A stretch of DNA of 64,000 nucleotides from Octopus sinensis (taxonomy: Eukaryota). Shown piece after piece: positions 1-13,311 of the stretch. The notes below the pieces were generated by a model. The model ran no database searches. It saw nothing but the letters and a program-made list of their open reading frames with translations, and was not told the origin of the DNA. Position numbers and translations under genes: made by a program. The DNA lies in NCBI RefSeq assembly GCF_006345805.1, contig NC_043016.1:9486001-9550000 (forward strand), in the 5' to 3' direction. Within the stretch, counting starts at the first letter, position 1, and every line of letters begins with the position of its first letter.

Positions 1-57
1 GTTGAGTCAAGTTCGTCATCATCAAAAATTCGAATGGTAATTGTAGTTAAGACACCA

Positions 58-378
58 GTGCTGGTGACACGTAAAAGTGCCGTTCGAACATGGCAGTTAC
101 TAGCGTCGCCTGACTGGCGGCCATGTCGGCGACACATAAAAGCACCAACCGATCGTGGCTGTTTGCCAGCCTGCGCTGGCTCCTTTGCCGGTGGCACGTA
201 AAAAACACCCACTACACTCACGGAGTGGTTGGCATTAGGAAGGGCATCCAGCTGTAGAAACTCTGCCAAATCAGACTGGAGCCTGGTGCAGCCTCCATGG
301 CTTACCAGACCCCGGTCAAACCGTCCAACCCATGCTAGCATGGAAAACGGACGTTAAATAGTGATGATGATGATGTTG
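58..378 (+). repeat. RTE 3'-end repeat with (GAT)n tail (family A); further copies at about 2945, 4843(-), 6668(-), 18345(-), 31440, 34055, 35452, 42380, 45178(-), 47410, 52585, 55757(-), 57367(-), 63295
   Basis: Shared ggaagggcatccagctgtagaaa...ccaacccatgctagcatggaaa..gttaaacgatgatg; same as the 3' UTR of the LINE at 45746-47400. Confidence 0.9.
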
Positions 379-3182
379 TATTAGGTCTAGGACAGCATTG
401 CTCCAGCTGACCAGTTACGATAAAGGCATTATTGCTTTTTTGTATATCTGAACTAAATATTCCATGTGTGTTTTAATTTTCTTTTTCTTTGATGTAATTT
501 GAGGGGAATATGGTTGCTGTTTCTAGTGGGTCAGGCATCATCATAGAGACTGTCTCTATCTACCAGGTCAAGCAATCACATAGAAGAGTGGGCCAGAGGT
601 GTTGTTGATGAAGGGTTTGAAAATATGGATGTCATTATTTGGTGGATATATATATCAGCACATAAATAGGAAGAGTGAAGTTTCATGAATCAATGACTGT
701 TTGATGCAGGAATTTGTTATGAGACTCATTGTGAAATATGAGTGGCAAACAGGGGTTAGGCAGATAGAGCAGTAGCAGCAGCAGTGATGGCAGGGACATA
801 CCACAATAAGGAATTAAGGAATAAACATTTTCAGTAAAAGATAGCTGAACTGCCTCTATCTATGTGCCAGTCTTAGATTCCAGTAATTGAAACAGGAAAA
901 AAAATGCATCATTTTGTTTATAGAAGCATTACTCTTACTTTTGGAAACTTTTTAAATAGTCAAAAGGTTCACAGAGTGAAAAAAAAATATTTTGCTTTGA
1001 AAAAGAGAAGTCTGATACTTTTGGGCAGAACTCTTTACCAAGATATTAAACTTTGTCTCTCTACTGAGAAAGTAATTTATTCAACTTGGCTAAACTTTTT
1101 GACCAACAGAGATCATCATTAGTTTCAAGAGTCAACCAAGTTGACTCTGATTTCATGCTCAACATTTGAACAGAGAATAAAATCTCTGTTAGTGTGACTT
1201 TTGAGCTTTTTAGGATTATGAGTCTTCTTGGAGCAGTTGGATGATTGGTTAGTTAGCTCCAGATCAACCCTAACCACACAAACATATGATTAAAGACGTT
1301 CAAGTTGTGACCATCCTGTCTGTCATTTAGTCATAGTGCATCTAGGACTACATTCAACTTGAGCTTGATTTGTTTCAAGATATTAATATGAGTCTCTATG
1401 GTGACTCAGTCTGCTATTTTTAGCAAGTCAAATGACAGTGTAGAGGCCCATTCACTGCAGATGGTTGTTTGCATCTCACAAAGGAGTGAGGGTAAAAGTC
1501 TTCTGAAGTTTCATAAAAATATTATATATATATATTAGTGTTCTGCCAACCTTTGAGTTCTGGCCTTCATAGATCCCTCTGGTATTTTTATTTTATTTAT
1601 TCATTCTTTGTGTAGTTTAGTGAAATTCCTGATGTTCTGTCAACCTGGTATCATTTTACAATACCAAAATACAGATATTACAGGATTCACTTCACATATC
1701 CTCCTTTTTCCTACTTTATGAAATGCTACTAGCAAATACTTTTTTTAAAATTTTCTCTTATATATATATTTTTTTTTTTATTTATAATATTCTGCCTGAA
1801 ATTTAACAATAGTATTATGCAAGTTTACAGAAATAATATAATACTGTGAGTAAAGTTTTATTTATTGCTTTTTTTGGGAGGGGTTGTGGTGTTAAGTAGT
1901 AAATATTCTCATCTTGAAAAAAAAAAAAAAGTAACACTTACAGATGCAGAACGGTAACTTAACACGGCACTAAACGTTCTGTCAAATCTGAAGAACAATA
2001 AAGTACAGTAGAAGTGAACAATGAGGTTAATTTGCAGCCTAAGAATTTCACCACTACAGGGTTTGATTGTGGAATAGGTTTGTTTATTCTTTTACTTGTT
2101 TCAGTCATTAGATTGCGTTCCATGCTGGGGCATTGTCTTGAAGAGTTTTAGTTGAATAAATTGATCCCTGTACTTGTGTTTTTTTAAAGCCTGATAATTA
2201 TTCAATCGGGGGGGGGGGCAAACATAGGCACACACAGACACATATGATGGGCTTCTTTCAGTTTCTACCAAATCTAGTCACACGGTTTTGGTAGGCCCAA
2301 AGCTATAGTAGAAAACATTTGCCCAAGGTGCCACACAATGGGACACCATGTGATTGGGAATCAAACATCTTACCACACAGCCATGCCTGCGCCTATCTTT
2401 ATATTATTTTTGTTTTATTGTTTAGTCAGAGTGGGAAGGGTGGCATTGTTTATTTTTCAGGGCTTCCAAACCTTGTGGAAGGAAGGGAGGAAGTTATTCT
2501 CAAACTGGACATCTGACCTCATTGTTTACAACAGGGTGAACTCAACTAAAGGCACCCTGATGTCATAACATTTCAGATACTTCTTCATATCTACAAATGT
2601 GTGTGTGTGACATGCTTTAAACAAGGTTAGGCTTAACAACCTTCTATGTATGCATACACATATATTTGTACGTTTCCCCTTTTATAAACACCAATGTTAT
2701 GTTGTGTCCTCTAAGATATGAATTTAATGATCTATATTCAAACACATTCTAGTATTGTTTAAAGTTTCTTTGTAGTTTACTTAACACTGCAAATGCTAAT
2801 TAATTTTTTTTTTTTATAGTGTCCATCGTATGTTCCTAGTCAGTATTAAATGATGTATTACTCCATAGTAACATGTTGTTTACTGTTAAATGGGTTCTTA
2901 AAAATATAGTATACTGATCTTTAAATTTGTCTTAGCTTCCACTGCCATTCTTAATCAACAATATCTCATTCCATGGTAAAAAGCACTCAGTCCATTCTGC
3001 AGGGTGGTTGAACAGGAAGGGCATCCAGCCGTTAAAAACCATGCCAAAACACACAAAAGCCTGATATAGTCTTTTGCTTGACCAACTCCTGTCAAACTGC
3101 CCAACCCATGCCAACATGGAAAGTAGATTTTTAAATGATGATAGTGATATGGTTTCTATCTGTCTATTCTTTTTTTTTTTTT

Positions 3183-3590
3183 ACTCCTTTTTACTTGTTT
3201 CAGTCATTGACTGCGGCCATGCTGGAGCACCGCCTTTAGTCGAGCAACTCGACCCCGGGACTTATTCTTTTTGTAAGCCCAGTACTTATTCTATCGGTCT
3301 CTTTTTGCCGAACCGCTAAGTGACAGGGACGTAAACACACCAGCATCGGTTGTCAAGCAATGCTAGGGGAACAAACATAGTACACAAACACACACACATA
3401 CACACATATATATATACATATATACGACAGGCTTCTTTCAGTTTCCGTCTGCCAAATCCACTCACAAGGCATTGGTCGGCCCGGGGCTATAGCACAAGAC
3501 ACTTGCCCAAGATGCCACGCAGTGGGACTGAACCCGGAACCATGTGGTCGGTTAGCAAGCTACTTACCACACAGCCACTCCTGCGCCTAT
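3183..3590 (-). repeat. tRNA-derived SINE (family B); copies at about 2085(-), 4612, 13430(-), 14890, 24101, 24511, 26969(-), 30757, 53370
   Basis: Head gtggtaag(a/t)agcttgct..ggttccgggttcagtccc, central AT/AC microsatellite, tail gactgaaacaagtaaaa. Confidence 0.88.
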
Positions 3591-4071
3591 TTCGTTTTAT
3601 TTTATTTTATTTTTTTCCAAGTGTATTGTGCCTCTTTGGGGTCATCCCATCTATTTACTTTTGCAAATGTTTTGGCAAAAGCAGGGATGTCATACCTAAG
3701 CTTCTTTTTTTTTCCCCTTCTTTCTTTCTCCTAAATCATCCTTCTATGAATACATTTAACTTTGGTGTGATACCTGCTGTAGAGTGTTATATTACTTCTG
3801 AATATAATACTGATGGTATGGTGTCTGCAGGTTCCTTTGTATCTCCTTGCCAGATCTTTGCCGTAAATGTCAGTCTTGCCAGTCTTGCGTGTGTTTTGCT
3901 TTTATATATTTTGTTTCTACCTTATGTTTATGAAGAGATATATAAGGGTTCATCTCAGCATGCATAACTCATGTTTGTGAACAGCTTTACAAACAAACTG
4001 GCCATTTTTGCCTAATTAGAAAACTGAACATGTAGTGGTAGTGAAACTCCTTATTTAGGACGCTTGTAGTT

Positions 4072-4538
4072 CAGTGGTTCTTAACCCTTTCGTTACTATA
4101 TTCATTTTGAGATGCTCTGTGTTTCTTTCAATTACTTTAAATATAACAAAATATTTAGTAAAATAACTTAGTTATCATTAAGCTAGTGTTAGGAACATTA
4201 ATTGTGACAAAGGTTTGGTGGAAGATTTTAATTCCAAACTAATGAAAACAAGACATTTGTACTACAGAGCCAGTTTCAGCCGGGTTGGTAATGAAAGGGT
4301 TAATGGGGTTTATATGACCCTTATGGGTCTACATAAGATTGTGTTGTTAGAGTTTATATATAATGAATTGGTTATACTTCAACAATACAGAAACTATTTT
4401 AACAATTTTTTTTTTTACATAATTCCTAATAATGTTTAATAGTAAAAATACAACAGGAATTTTTTTTTTTAAACCAATGCATGACTATAGGAAAGTGAAA
4501 ATGGGGTCCACGGGTAAAAAAATGGTTAAGAACCACTG
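4072..4538. mobile_element. hAT-like MITE interrupted by the piggyBac MITE
   Basis: TIR cagtggttcttaa / ttaagaaccactg; no TSD preserved. Confidence 0.6.
4085..4299. mobile_element. piggyBac-type MITE
   Basis: CCCTTTC/GAAAGGG ends flanked by TTAA on both sides. Confidence 0.85.
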
Positions 4539-5251
4539 ATGCCATTTATGATAGTTAGAAGTGGCAAAATGAGTTTTTAAAGTTTCAAGAAATTTACAAA
4601 TTTAATTCTGCAACAGGCATAGTTGTGTGGTAAGAAGCTTGCTTACCAACACATGGTTCAGGGTTCAGTCCCATTGTGTGACACTTTGGGCAAATGTCTT
4701 CTATAGCCTCAGGCTGACCAAAGCCTTATGAGTGGATTTGGTAGACGGAAACTGAAAGAAGCTCATTGTATGTATGTATGTATGTATGTATATATATATA
4801 TATATATGTATATGTGTGTGTGTGTATGTGTATATATATATATATCATCATCATCGTTTAGCGTCCGCTTTCCATGCTAGCATGGGTTGGACGGTTCAAC
4901 TGGGGTCTGGGAAGCCAGAAGGCTGCACCAGGCCCAGTCTGATCTGGCAATGTTTCTACGGCTAGGTGCCCTTCCTAACGCCATATATGCATGTGTCTGT
5001 GTTTGTCCCTCCATCACTGCTTGACAGCCAGTGTTGGTATGTTTATGTCCTTGTAACTTAGCAGTTCAGCAAAAGAGACTGATAGAATAAGTACCAGGCT
5101 TTAAAAAAGAATATACTAGGGTCAATACATTCAACTAAAAATTCTTCAAACAGTTGCCCCAGCATGACTGCAGTCTAATGACTGAAACAAGTAAAAAGCA
5201 AAATATTGGAAACTGCTGAAAGTGAAAAAAAAAAAATCTGTAACAGTTTAA

Positions 5252-5632
5252 CTCTTCTGTTGCCATATTTCCATTGAAATATATTGCTTTTGTTTTAATT
5301 AATTATTAACTTGATATTTCAATGGAAAATTTTAATTAACCAAAAAGTTTGTATCATAGAACCAGGAACAGTCTTAAGCTTTTATTTCTTTACTACCCAC
5401 AAGGGGCTAAACACAGAGGGGACAAACAAGGACAGACAAACGGATTAAGTCGATTACATCGACCCCAGTGCGTAACTGGCACTTAATTTATCGACCCCGA
5501 AGGGCTGAAAGGCAAAGTCGACCTCGACGGAATTGGAACTCAGAACATAACGGCTGACAAAATACAGCAACGCATGCTAACATTTCTGCCAGCTCGCCGT
5601 CTCCAGTCTTAAGCATAATAATATCAAAAGAG
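5252..5632. mobile_element. piggyBac-type MITE interrupted by a SINE
   Basis: TTAA-CTCTTC...AAAGAG-TTAA. Confidence 0.65.
5380..5603 (-). repeat. tRNA-derived SINE (family C) with 11-bp TSD; copies at 16682-16908 (12-bp TSD), 18743-18957, 52900-53105
   Basis: TSD cagtcttaagc at 5369 and 5604; TSD tagattgaatat at 16670 and 16909; central gcctttcatcctttcggggtcgataaattaagtacc resembles the Nin/Meta-type SINE domain as recalled. Confidence 0.85.
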
Positions 5633-5988
5633 TTAAGTAAATCTCAAGATTAACATGTTCATATAGTTGTTACTTGTGATTTAAAGCTTCATTTCTTATG
5701 GGAATGAATGCTGAAAATTGGACATTATTGTCCAATTATGCAATGTTTCCTTCCATCTTTTAATGGTTTGAAAGAGATTTGGCTGCTATTTCCAGTAGAT
5801 CTTGCAACCACATAGAGCTTCCTGTATTATCTCATGAACGATGAAGTATTATTTGGTTGCTAGAATGAAATGGAAATTTTAATTAATGTGTTAAAAGTAA
5901 ATAATGAATTTGTTGGGATTAATAAAAGGAAGCGTGAATGTCAACCTAGAAATATATAACTAACTTTTATCTTTGATTTATTTTCCAG

Positions 5989-6273
5989 AAAGCTCTTATC
6001 AAAAAATACCATGTTCTCCGAGTGCCAGTTCCAAGAGTACCCATGTTAGTTCTTTTAGATACTGAAACTGGCAAAGTTATCACTAAAAATGGTATCAGCT
6101 GTATTGAAGACGACCCACGAGGAGAGATGTTCCCATGGAGACCAAGCCCGTTTAAGGAGGTGATTCGAGGTAAGCTGTTGACCAATAACTCTGACGGTGA
6201 AACGTTTGGATATGTAGATGCCTTGACCGAACTGCAGGGGAAGATTACAGGTCTATATTTCTCAGCACATTGG
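5989..6273 (+). CDS. NXN: Nucleoredoxin, first exon visible in the window (gene is 5'-partial); phase 0/0
   Basis: ttccag acceptor and gtaagt donor; translates KALIKKYHVLRVPVPRVPMLVLLDTETGKVITKNG...DDPRGEMFPWRPSPF...GLYFSAHW, matching the nucleoredoxin segment LIFLDATTGKV..DDPEGLEFPW..VYFSAHW. Confidence 0.95.
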
Positions 6274-6307
6274 GTAAGTAAAACTTCTAATTCTAAGACT
6301 CCTTTAA

Positions 6308-7147
6308 CCCTTTCGTTGCCATATTTATTTTGAGATGCTCTGTGTTTCTTTCAATTAATTTTAAAGAGAGAACAAACAATTTAGTAAAACAACTTTGTTA
6401 TCATTCAGCTAGTGTTAGGAACATAAATTGTGACTAAGGTTTTGTGGAAGATTAGTATCAAAAGGGTTAACCCTTTTGTTACCATGTTTCTGCAGAAATA
6501 CACTGCTTTCCAGATAATTTGAAAATAAGGAAGAATTTACTAAAATAACTTAGTCATTATTAAGCTAGAATTTGGAACATAAATTAACATGAAATCTGAA
6601 TGGAAGATTTATATTTTGGTCACTTAAACCTTTTGTTACCATATTTCTATAGAAATACACATCCTTTCATCATCATCATCATCATTTAATGTCCGTTTTC
6701 CATGCTAGCATGGGTTGGATGGTTCAACCGGGGTCTGGGAAGCCAGGAGACTGCACCAGGCTCCAGTCTTATCTGGCAGTGTTTCTACAGCTGGATGCCC
6801 TTCCTAACGCCAACCACTCCGTGAGTGTAGTGGGTGCTTTTTATGTGCCGCTGGCAACAGCCACGATCAGATTGGTGCGTTTTACGTGCCACCGGCACGG
6901 AAGCCGGTCGAGGCAGCGCTGGCATTGGCCACGTTCGGATGGTGCTTTTTACGTGCCACCGGCACAGGGATCACAACTACAATTTCCATTGATTTTTGAT
7001 GTTGATGTACTTGACATTTACTAAAATAGCTTTGTTATTATTAAGCTGCTGTTTGGAGCATAAAGTAACATAGAATTTTGATGGAAGGCTTTAATTTAAA
7101 CCAGAAAGTTTGTACTGGTGGTCTCAGGCAGGTTGGTATCAAAAGGG
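6308..7147. mobile_element. Three stacked piggyBac-type MITEs with an RTE-end insertion at 6668-7010
   Basis: TTAA at 6304, 6467, 6624 and 7148; CCCTTT/AAAGGG ends. Confidence 0.75.
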
Positions 7148-7403
7148 TTAAATATATTTTAATATTAAACGTAAACCCACAAAACTTTCAATGGTTTTCA
7201 TCTTATTCATGTTTAACAGCTCATCTTCCTCAGGTTTTCTTCCACATTAAAGTTGAATCTAAGCTTAATTCAATTATTAAAATAACTGTTCAAATCAATC
7301 ACTAACTCAATGTTTGAATCCAAGTTTTAGCACATTTGTTCATAACTGAATCTAATGTTAACACTCATTCACTCTTAAATGAATGCCTTTTTGCTGCTTA
7401 CAG

Positions 7404-7608
7404 TGTCCTCCTTGCAAGCACTTCACACCTGTGTTGTCAGCCATGTATGATAAACTAAAATCTGAAGGGCGAAACTTTGAAGTAGTCTTCGTCTCGTCTG
7501 ACCGCAGTAACGTTTCCTTCGAGCAGTACTTCCGAACAATGCCATGGTTGGCAATACCCTACAATGATACCCGAACCCATTGCCTCAAATCTGCCTATGA
7601 TGTCTATG
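7404..7608 (+). CDS. NXN: Nucleoredoxin exon carrying CPPC of the WCPPC active site; phase 0/1
   Basis: cttacag acceptor, gtgagt donor; CPPCKHFTPVL...FEVVFVSSDRS...MPWLAIPY. Confidence 0.96.
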
Positions 7609-8535
7609 GTGAGTTGATTAAGTATATATAGACAACTAACACATATCTTCACTCCAATAATCCTATATCATATTTTTAAGCAGTATTTTGCTTTACCAAA
7701 GGGGGACATCTGTTTTTTTTTTCTATTTGCTCATCTGCCTATACTGGTTTGTATGCCATTGTATGCTGTTTGATACATCAATTTTGTCATTGTCACCACA
7801 AATTACTTTACATCACTATCTGAATTTGTTTAGTGCTACATCCTCTCTTACTCCAAAATACTATCACTTGCTACTTGTGAGTTTTTTTTTGCTCCTAAAA
7901 TGTCCCAGAGTCCCCCAACAGAATATGTCACTACTGGATGTCTATTGATTGTACATGTGTATAGTGATTGCATTCCAAAGATTAGCCGGCTCATAGAACT
8001 CTCTTTTCTAATTATTAAAATTAAATGTGAAACAAAAGAAATTAATTTATTTTACTTTCCTAATTTCCCATGATGAATTATTATAGTTCTCATTATCATC
8101 ATCATCATCAAACATGTTTTTCCATACTAAAGTTGATATCTTGCCACTCCTCTCTGATTCTTGTATTTTGGCTCACATAGCAAAATTTTGTATGGATTTT
8201 TGTAACTGGATGACCTTCCTCATTGCAACATGGGTTGGACAGCACTTGTCTCTGACATGACTAAAGAGGCCTGTCTTCTCCACTCTGTGTTGAGGCCTCT
8301 TCATTCATTCAATTGTTTCATTTTTGGGTGTAAATATTTCTCAAGAGAATGGTTATTGACAGCATGGCCTATGAGATGAATAGCATTATTATCACAGCTG
8401 GAAATTTGGACATCCTAAATATATTTCAAATTGTCCATTCGAAATCTTTTTTTTTTTTAATCTTTCTGTATTGTAAAATCCTTCCATCAATATATAATAC
8501 CTGTTTTTAACAATTAATTCATTAATCTATTGCAG

Positions 8536-8624
8536 GTATACCTACTTTGATTATCATTGATGAAAATGGTAAAGTGATCACAAAAGATGGTCGGATGGCA
8601 ATAAACGCTGACCTGCAAGGACAG
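8536..8624 (+). CDS. NXN: Nucleoredoxin exon; phase 1/0
   Basis: ttgcag acceptor, gtaaga donor; (G)IPTLIIIDENGKVITKDGRMAINADLQGQ; not in the ORF track. Confidence 0.93.
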
Positions 8625-9917
8625 GTAAGAAAGAAATTGGGGAGAGGAAAGAATTGAGATACATCAAGTTATAGAAGGATATAAACATTTACATTCTCAT
8701 ATATATACCCTCTTGCTCTCTTACTTTCACACATACATATATATATGTCATCATCATCTTCATCATTTAATGTCCCTTATTCCATTCTGGCATGGGTTAG
8801 GTGGTTCAACAGTAACTGACAAGTTAAAGTGTTGCGGTAAGCTCCAGTGATATGCAGAAATGCAAACACACACATTCATATGCATTATTTTGTAGCTTCA
8901 AAATTTTGATGATAAGATTTTATATTTTACAATGGCATTGAAAGGTAGATGTGATAGGCAGGATCTGGCTGGTTAGAACATCCAAAACAGGTAGCATATT
9001 TGAGCCAGATGGCCAGTTTAAATGCTGAAGAGTCGATCAACCTTATTGATCCTAGCAGCTACTGAAAGATTAAGTTACCTTTACATGTAATGGGATGTAC
9101 CTCTACACAGATTTACACCAGCATACACAATAGGCTTCTTTTTTTTTTTTTTTTTTTCTTTTTTTTGGCTGGAGCTGCAGTAGGAGATACTTAACCAAGT
9201 TGCTGCACATTGATATTAAACCTGAAAAATGAACTTAACTATATATTAATAATTCTGTTTCATTCATACCATCTCAGATAAAGGGTTAATTATACTTAAC
9301 CCTTTATCTGCAAAATTAAATTCCATAGTTATTCCTGTAATATTGAATATCTACCAAAACATAGATAGTTTCAAAATTGGCATTCCTCAACGAAAGGTAG
9401 ATTCATATATAAAACTACTTTCCACAGTTAGAAATAATGACAATTTGAGTGAATGTGTGTGTGTATTTGGGGATGGTCATTTTATTATTCATACATTTTT
9501 TGCCAAATAAACACGTGCACTATTTATTTATTCTTCACTCACTTATTACTGTTCATATTTTAACTCATGTGTGCTCCTGCTCTGCTTAGCAGAGCAGGAG
9601 CACCCACAAGGATGGAAAGCGTCACTGAAGAGGTCACAGATGTGTGAGGAAAGATTTCAGGAGAATGGACACGAATTAAAAGAGCAGTAATAAATGAGTA
9701 AAGAGCAAATATATAGTGCATGTATTTATTTGGCAAAATAAATAAATAGAAATAATGAAATCAAATGGAAGTTGTAGTTGTGATCCCTGTGCCGGTGGCA
9801 TGTAAAATGCACCATCCATACATGGCCAATGCCAGCACCGCCTTGACTGGCTTCCGTGCCGGTGGCACGTAATAAGCACCAAATGATCGTGGTCGTTGCC
9901 AGCCTCCCCTGGCACTT

Positions 9918-11616
9918 GTGCCAGTGGCACGTAAAAAGCACCCACTATACTCATGGAGTAGTTGGCGTTAGGAAGGGCATCCAGCTGTAGAAACACTGCC
10001 AGATCAGACTGGAGCCTGGTGCAGTCTCCTGGCTTCCCAGACCCCGGTTGAACCGTCCAACCCATGCTAGCATGGAAAATGGATGTTAAACGATGATGCT
10101 GATGATGAATGACCATCCCAAAATACAACAATATCTGTTTCAACACATAGTTTCACATTGGGAACCTTGCAACACAAATTCATAAGCATATATATATATC
10201 CTCATTTAGCATCTGTTTTCCATGCTGGCATCTGATGGACAGTTTGATGAGCTGGCCAGCTGCCTGGGTTCCATGTCTGTTTTGATATAGTTTCTACGGC
10301 TGGATGCCCTTCCTAATGTCAACCACTTTACAAAGTATACCAGGTGCTTTTATGCAGCACAGGCACGATGGGTATCACATGGCACTGGTACACACAAGCC
10401 CGCAAGATTAGAAATGCACAGCTGAAGAGGGATGCAGGGGACATGCCTGTATTCAAGGACAACCATGATTTCACTTAGCTTGACATATCTCCTCAAGCAC
10501 AGCAAGCCACCAGGAGTCTCAGTCCCCTGTTATCCCCTCTGTAAGGCCCTACATCTGAAGATCTTTTCTCATCACTTCATCCCACATCTTCCTCGGTCTA
10601 CTACTTTCACATGTTCCCTCAAACATTAAGAGTTCAGCTCTTCTATATATATATTATTTCAAATTTTCATGGTAGAAGGATTAAGGAAAGGAAATATTAG
10701 ATAATGTACTCAGGATTCTTGCATAAAGAAGTGCTAGGGTCATGGCGGAAATATATGATCATCCCCGTGCCGGTGGCACGTAAAAAGCACCCACTATACT
10801 CATGGAGTAGTTGGCGTTAGGAAGGGCATCCAGCTGTAGAAACACTGCCAGATCAGACTGGAGCCTGGTGCAGTCTCCTGGCTTCCCAGACCCCGGTTGA
10901 ACCGTCCAACCCATGCTAGCATGGAAAATGGATGTTAAACGATGATGCTGATGATGAATGACCATCCCAAAATACAACAATATCTGTTTCAACACACATA
11001 GTTTCACATTGGGAACCTTGCAACACAAATTCATAAGCATATATATATATCCTCATTTAGCATCTGTTTTCCATGCTGGCATCTGATGGACAGTTTGATG
11101 AGCTGGCCAGCTGCCTGGGTTCCATGTCTGTTTTGATATAGTTTCTACGGCTGGATGCCCTTCCTAATGTCAACCACTTTACAAAGTATACCAGGTGCTT
11201 TTATGCAGCACAGGCACGATGGGTATCACATGGCACTGGTACACACAAGCCCGCAAGATTAGAAATGCACAGCTGAAGAGGGATGCAGGGGACATGCCTG
11301 TATTCAAGGACAACCATGATTTCACTTAGCTTGACATATCTCCTCAAGCACAGCAAGCCACCAGGAGTCTCAGTCCCCTGTTATCCCCTCTGTAAGGCCC
11401 TACATCTGAAGATCTTTTCTCATCACTTCATCCCACATCTTCCTCGGTCTACTACTTTCACATGTTCCCTCAAACATTAAGAGTTCAGCTCTTCTATATA
11501 TATATTATTTCAAATTTTCATGGTAGAAGGATTAAGAAAGGAAATATTAGATAATGTACTCAGGATTCTTGCATAAAGAAGTGCTAGGGTCATGGCGGAA
11601 ATATATGATCATCCCC
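9918..11616 (+). repeat. Tandem duplication, two units of about 850 bp, in an NXN intron
   Basis: 9918-10766 and 10767-11616 are nearly identical (ORFs at 10432 and 11283 are identical); differences seen are an extra AC, a single G and one substitution at the left junction. Confidence 0.95.
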
Positions 11617-12269
11617 GTGCCGGTGGCACGTAAAAAGCACCCACTACACTCTCGGAGTAGTTGGCGTTAGGAAGGGCATCCAGCTGTAGAAACTGCCAAA
11701 TCAGGATTGGAGCCTGGTGCAGCCATCTGGTTCGCCAGCCCTCAGTCAAAATCGTCCAACCCATGCTAGCATGGAAAGCGGACGTTAAACAACGACGATG
11801 ATGATGATGATAATGGGTCTGTTCAGTCAGGTGCTAAATATCATTATTGTAATCTTTCCACTGCTACTACCACCGTTTTCTCTAGTTTCATACGAGTCCA
11901 ACATTTCTTTGTCATTATCTCATATTTTATAGTAGGTATACGGCCTAGTGCTTAGGGTGTCACATGCACAATTGTGAAATGAGGTTTCAATTGCCAGGCC
12001 AGCAGTGTGTTGTGTCCTTGAGCAAAACACTTTATGTCGCTCCAGTCCACTCAACTGTGAATGGGTAACCTTGTTATGGTCTGGCGTTCTGCTCAGGCAT
12101 AATGTTGGTCCTCATTCCTGCTGAGCCAATGGAGTGGTATCATTTAGAGCAAAACTCTTCATTTCACCTTGCCCCAGTCCACTCATCTTTTAATGGTTAA
12201 CTCTGTGATGGACTGGCATTCTGTTCAGAGAGAACGTTGGTCAGCCTCCCTAGCCAGTGGGATGACATC

Positions 12270-12983
12270 ATTTGAAAGCTACCACCAAAGAAATGACTAG
12301 TGACCGAGACCTTTGGAAATATGCTGTGCTTGAGAAGACCCGGCAAGCCAAATGAGACCATAACCTCGTGGCCTGTGCCAGGGGCATAACCAACCCACTT
12401 ATGCGTACCTTTTCCTTCTTTGGACACTAAACTCTGCTTGCGAAGACCTATCGAGGCAAGTGAAATTCAATGACAGCCACGAGCACCAGTCGAGCGTGAT
12501 CGTTGACAGAGTGGCTAACCGGCTTCCGTGCCAGTGGCACTTAAAAGGCACCATTCGAGTGTGATCGTTACCCGCTTCGCCTTACTGGCACTTGTGCCCC
12601 GTGCTAGTAGGATGCTAAGAGCACCACCCGAGCATGATCATTGCCAGAGCGGCAAACTGGCTTCCGTGCCGGTGGCGTGTAGGAGGCACCATTCGAGCAG
12701 GATCGTTACCAGCATTGCCTTACTGGCACCTGTGCCGTTGGCATGTGTGAAAAGATTCAAGCAGGTCGTTGCCAGTACCGCCTGACTGGCCCTTGTGCCG
12801 GTGGCACGTAAAAGCACCCACTACACTCGGAGTGGTTGGCGTTAGGAAGGGCATCCAGCTGTAGAAACTCTGCCAGATCAAGATTGAAACCTGGTGCAGC
12901 CATCTGGTTCGCCAGCCCTCAGTCAAACCATCCAACCCATGCTAGCATGGAAAGCGGACGTTAAACGACGATGATGATGATGA
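12270..12983 (+). repeat. RTE 3' end from the ORF2 C-terminus to the tail
   Basis: MTSDRDLWKYAVLEKTRQAK* followed by hairpin repeats and (GAT)n. Confidence 0.85.
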
Positions 12984-13220
12984 ACAATGTAAGGAAGCTC
13001 ATTGTGACCAGCAGTGTATAACAACATCCAAGTCTAGTGATTTTATAGTTATAACTCAGAACTTTTATGTCTCTCCTATATTTTGTTTAATCTTACTTTT
13101 TTTTTATACCACTAATTTGTGTCTGTCTCTAATTTGTGTTTATTAATAAAGGGGTGGGGCTCATATTTTTCTTTCGATTTGCTGTTTTTTTTTAAAAAAC
13201 ATGTACTTTTCTTTTTAAAG

Positions 13221-13311
13221 GATTTTCCTTGGTATGTGAAAGCACTAAATGAACTGACTGACACAACAGCTGCTTCGCTGAATGAAGGTCCATGCCTAAT
13301 TTTATTAACTG
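13221..13311 (+). CDS. NXN: Nucleoredoxin exon; phase 0/1
   Basis: ctttttaaag acceptor, gtaagc donor; DFPWYVKALNELTDTTAASLNEGPCLILLT (NXN-like LNEGPCL). Confidence 0.93.

Noticed and set aside
1-5988. Upstream NXN exons
   Set aside because: No segment with thioredoxin-like translation and splice signals found; they are presumably outside the window.
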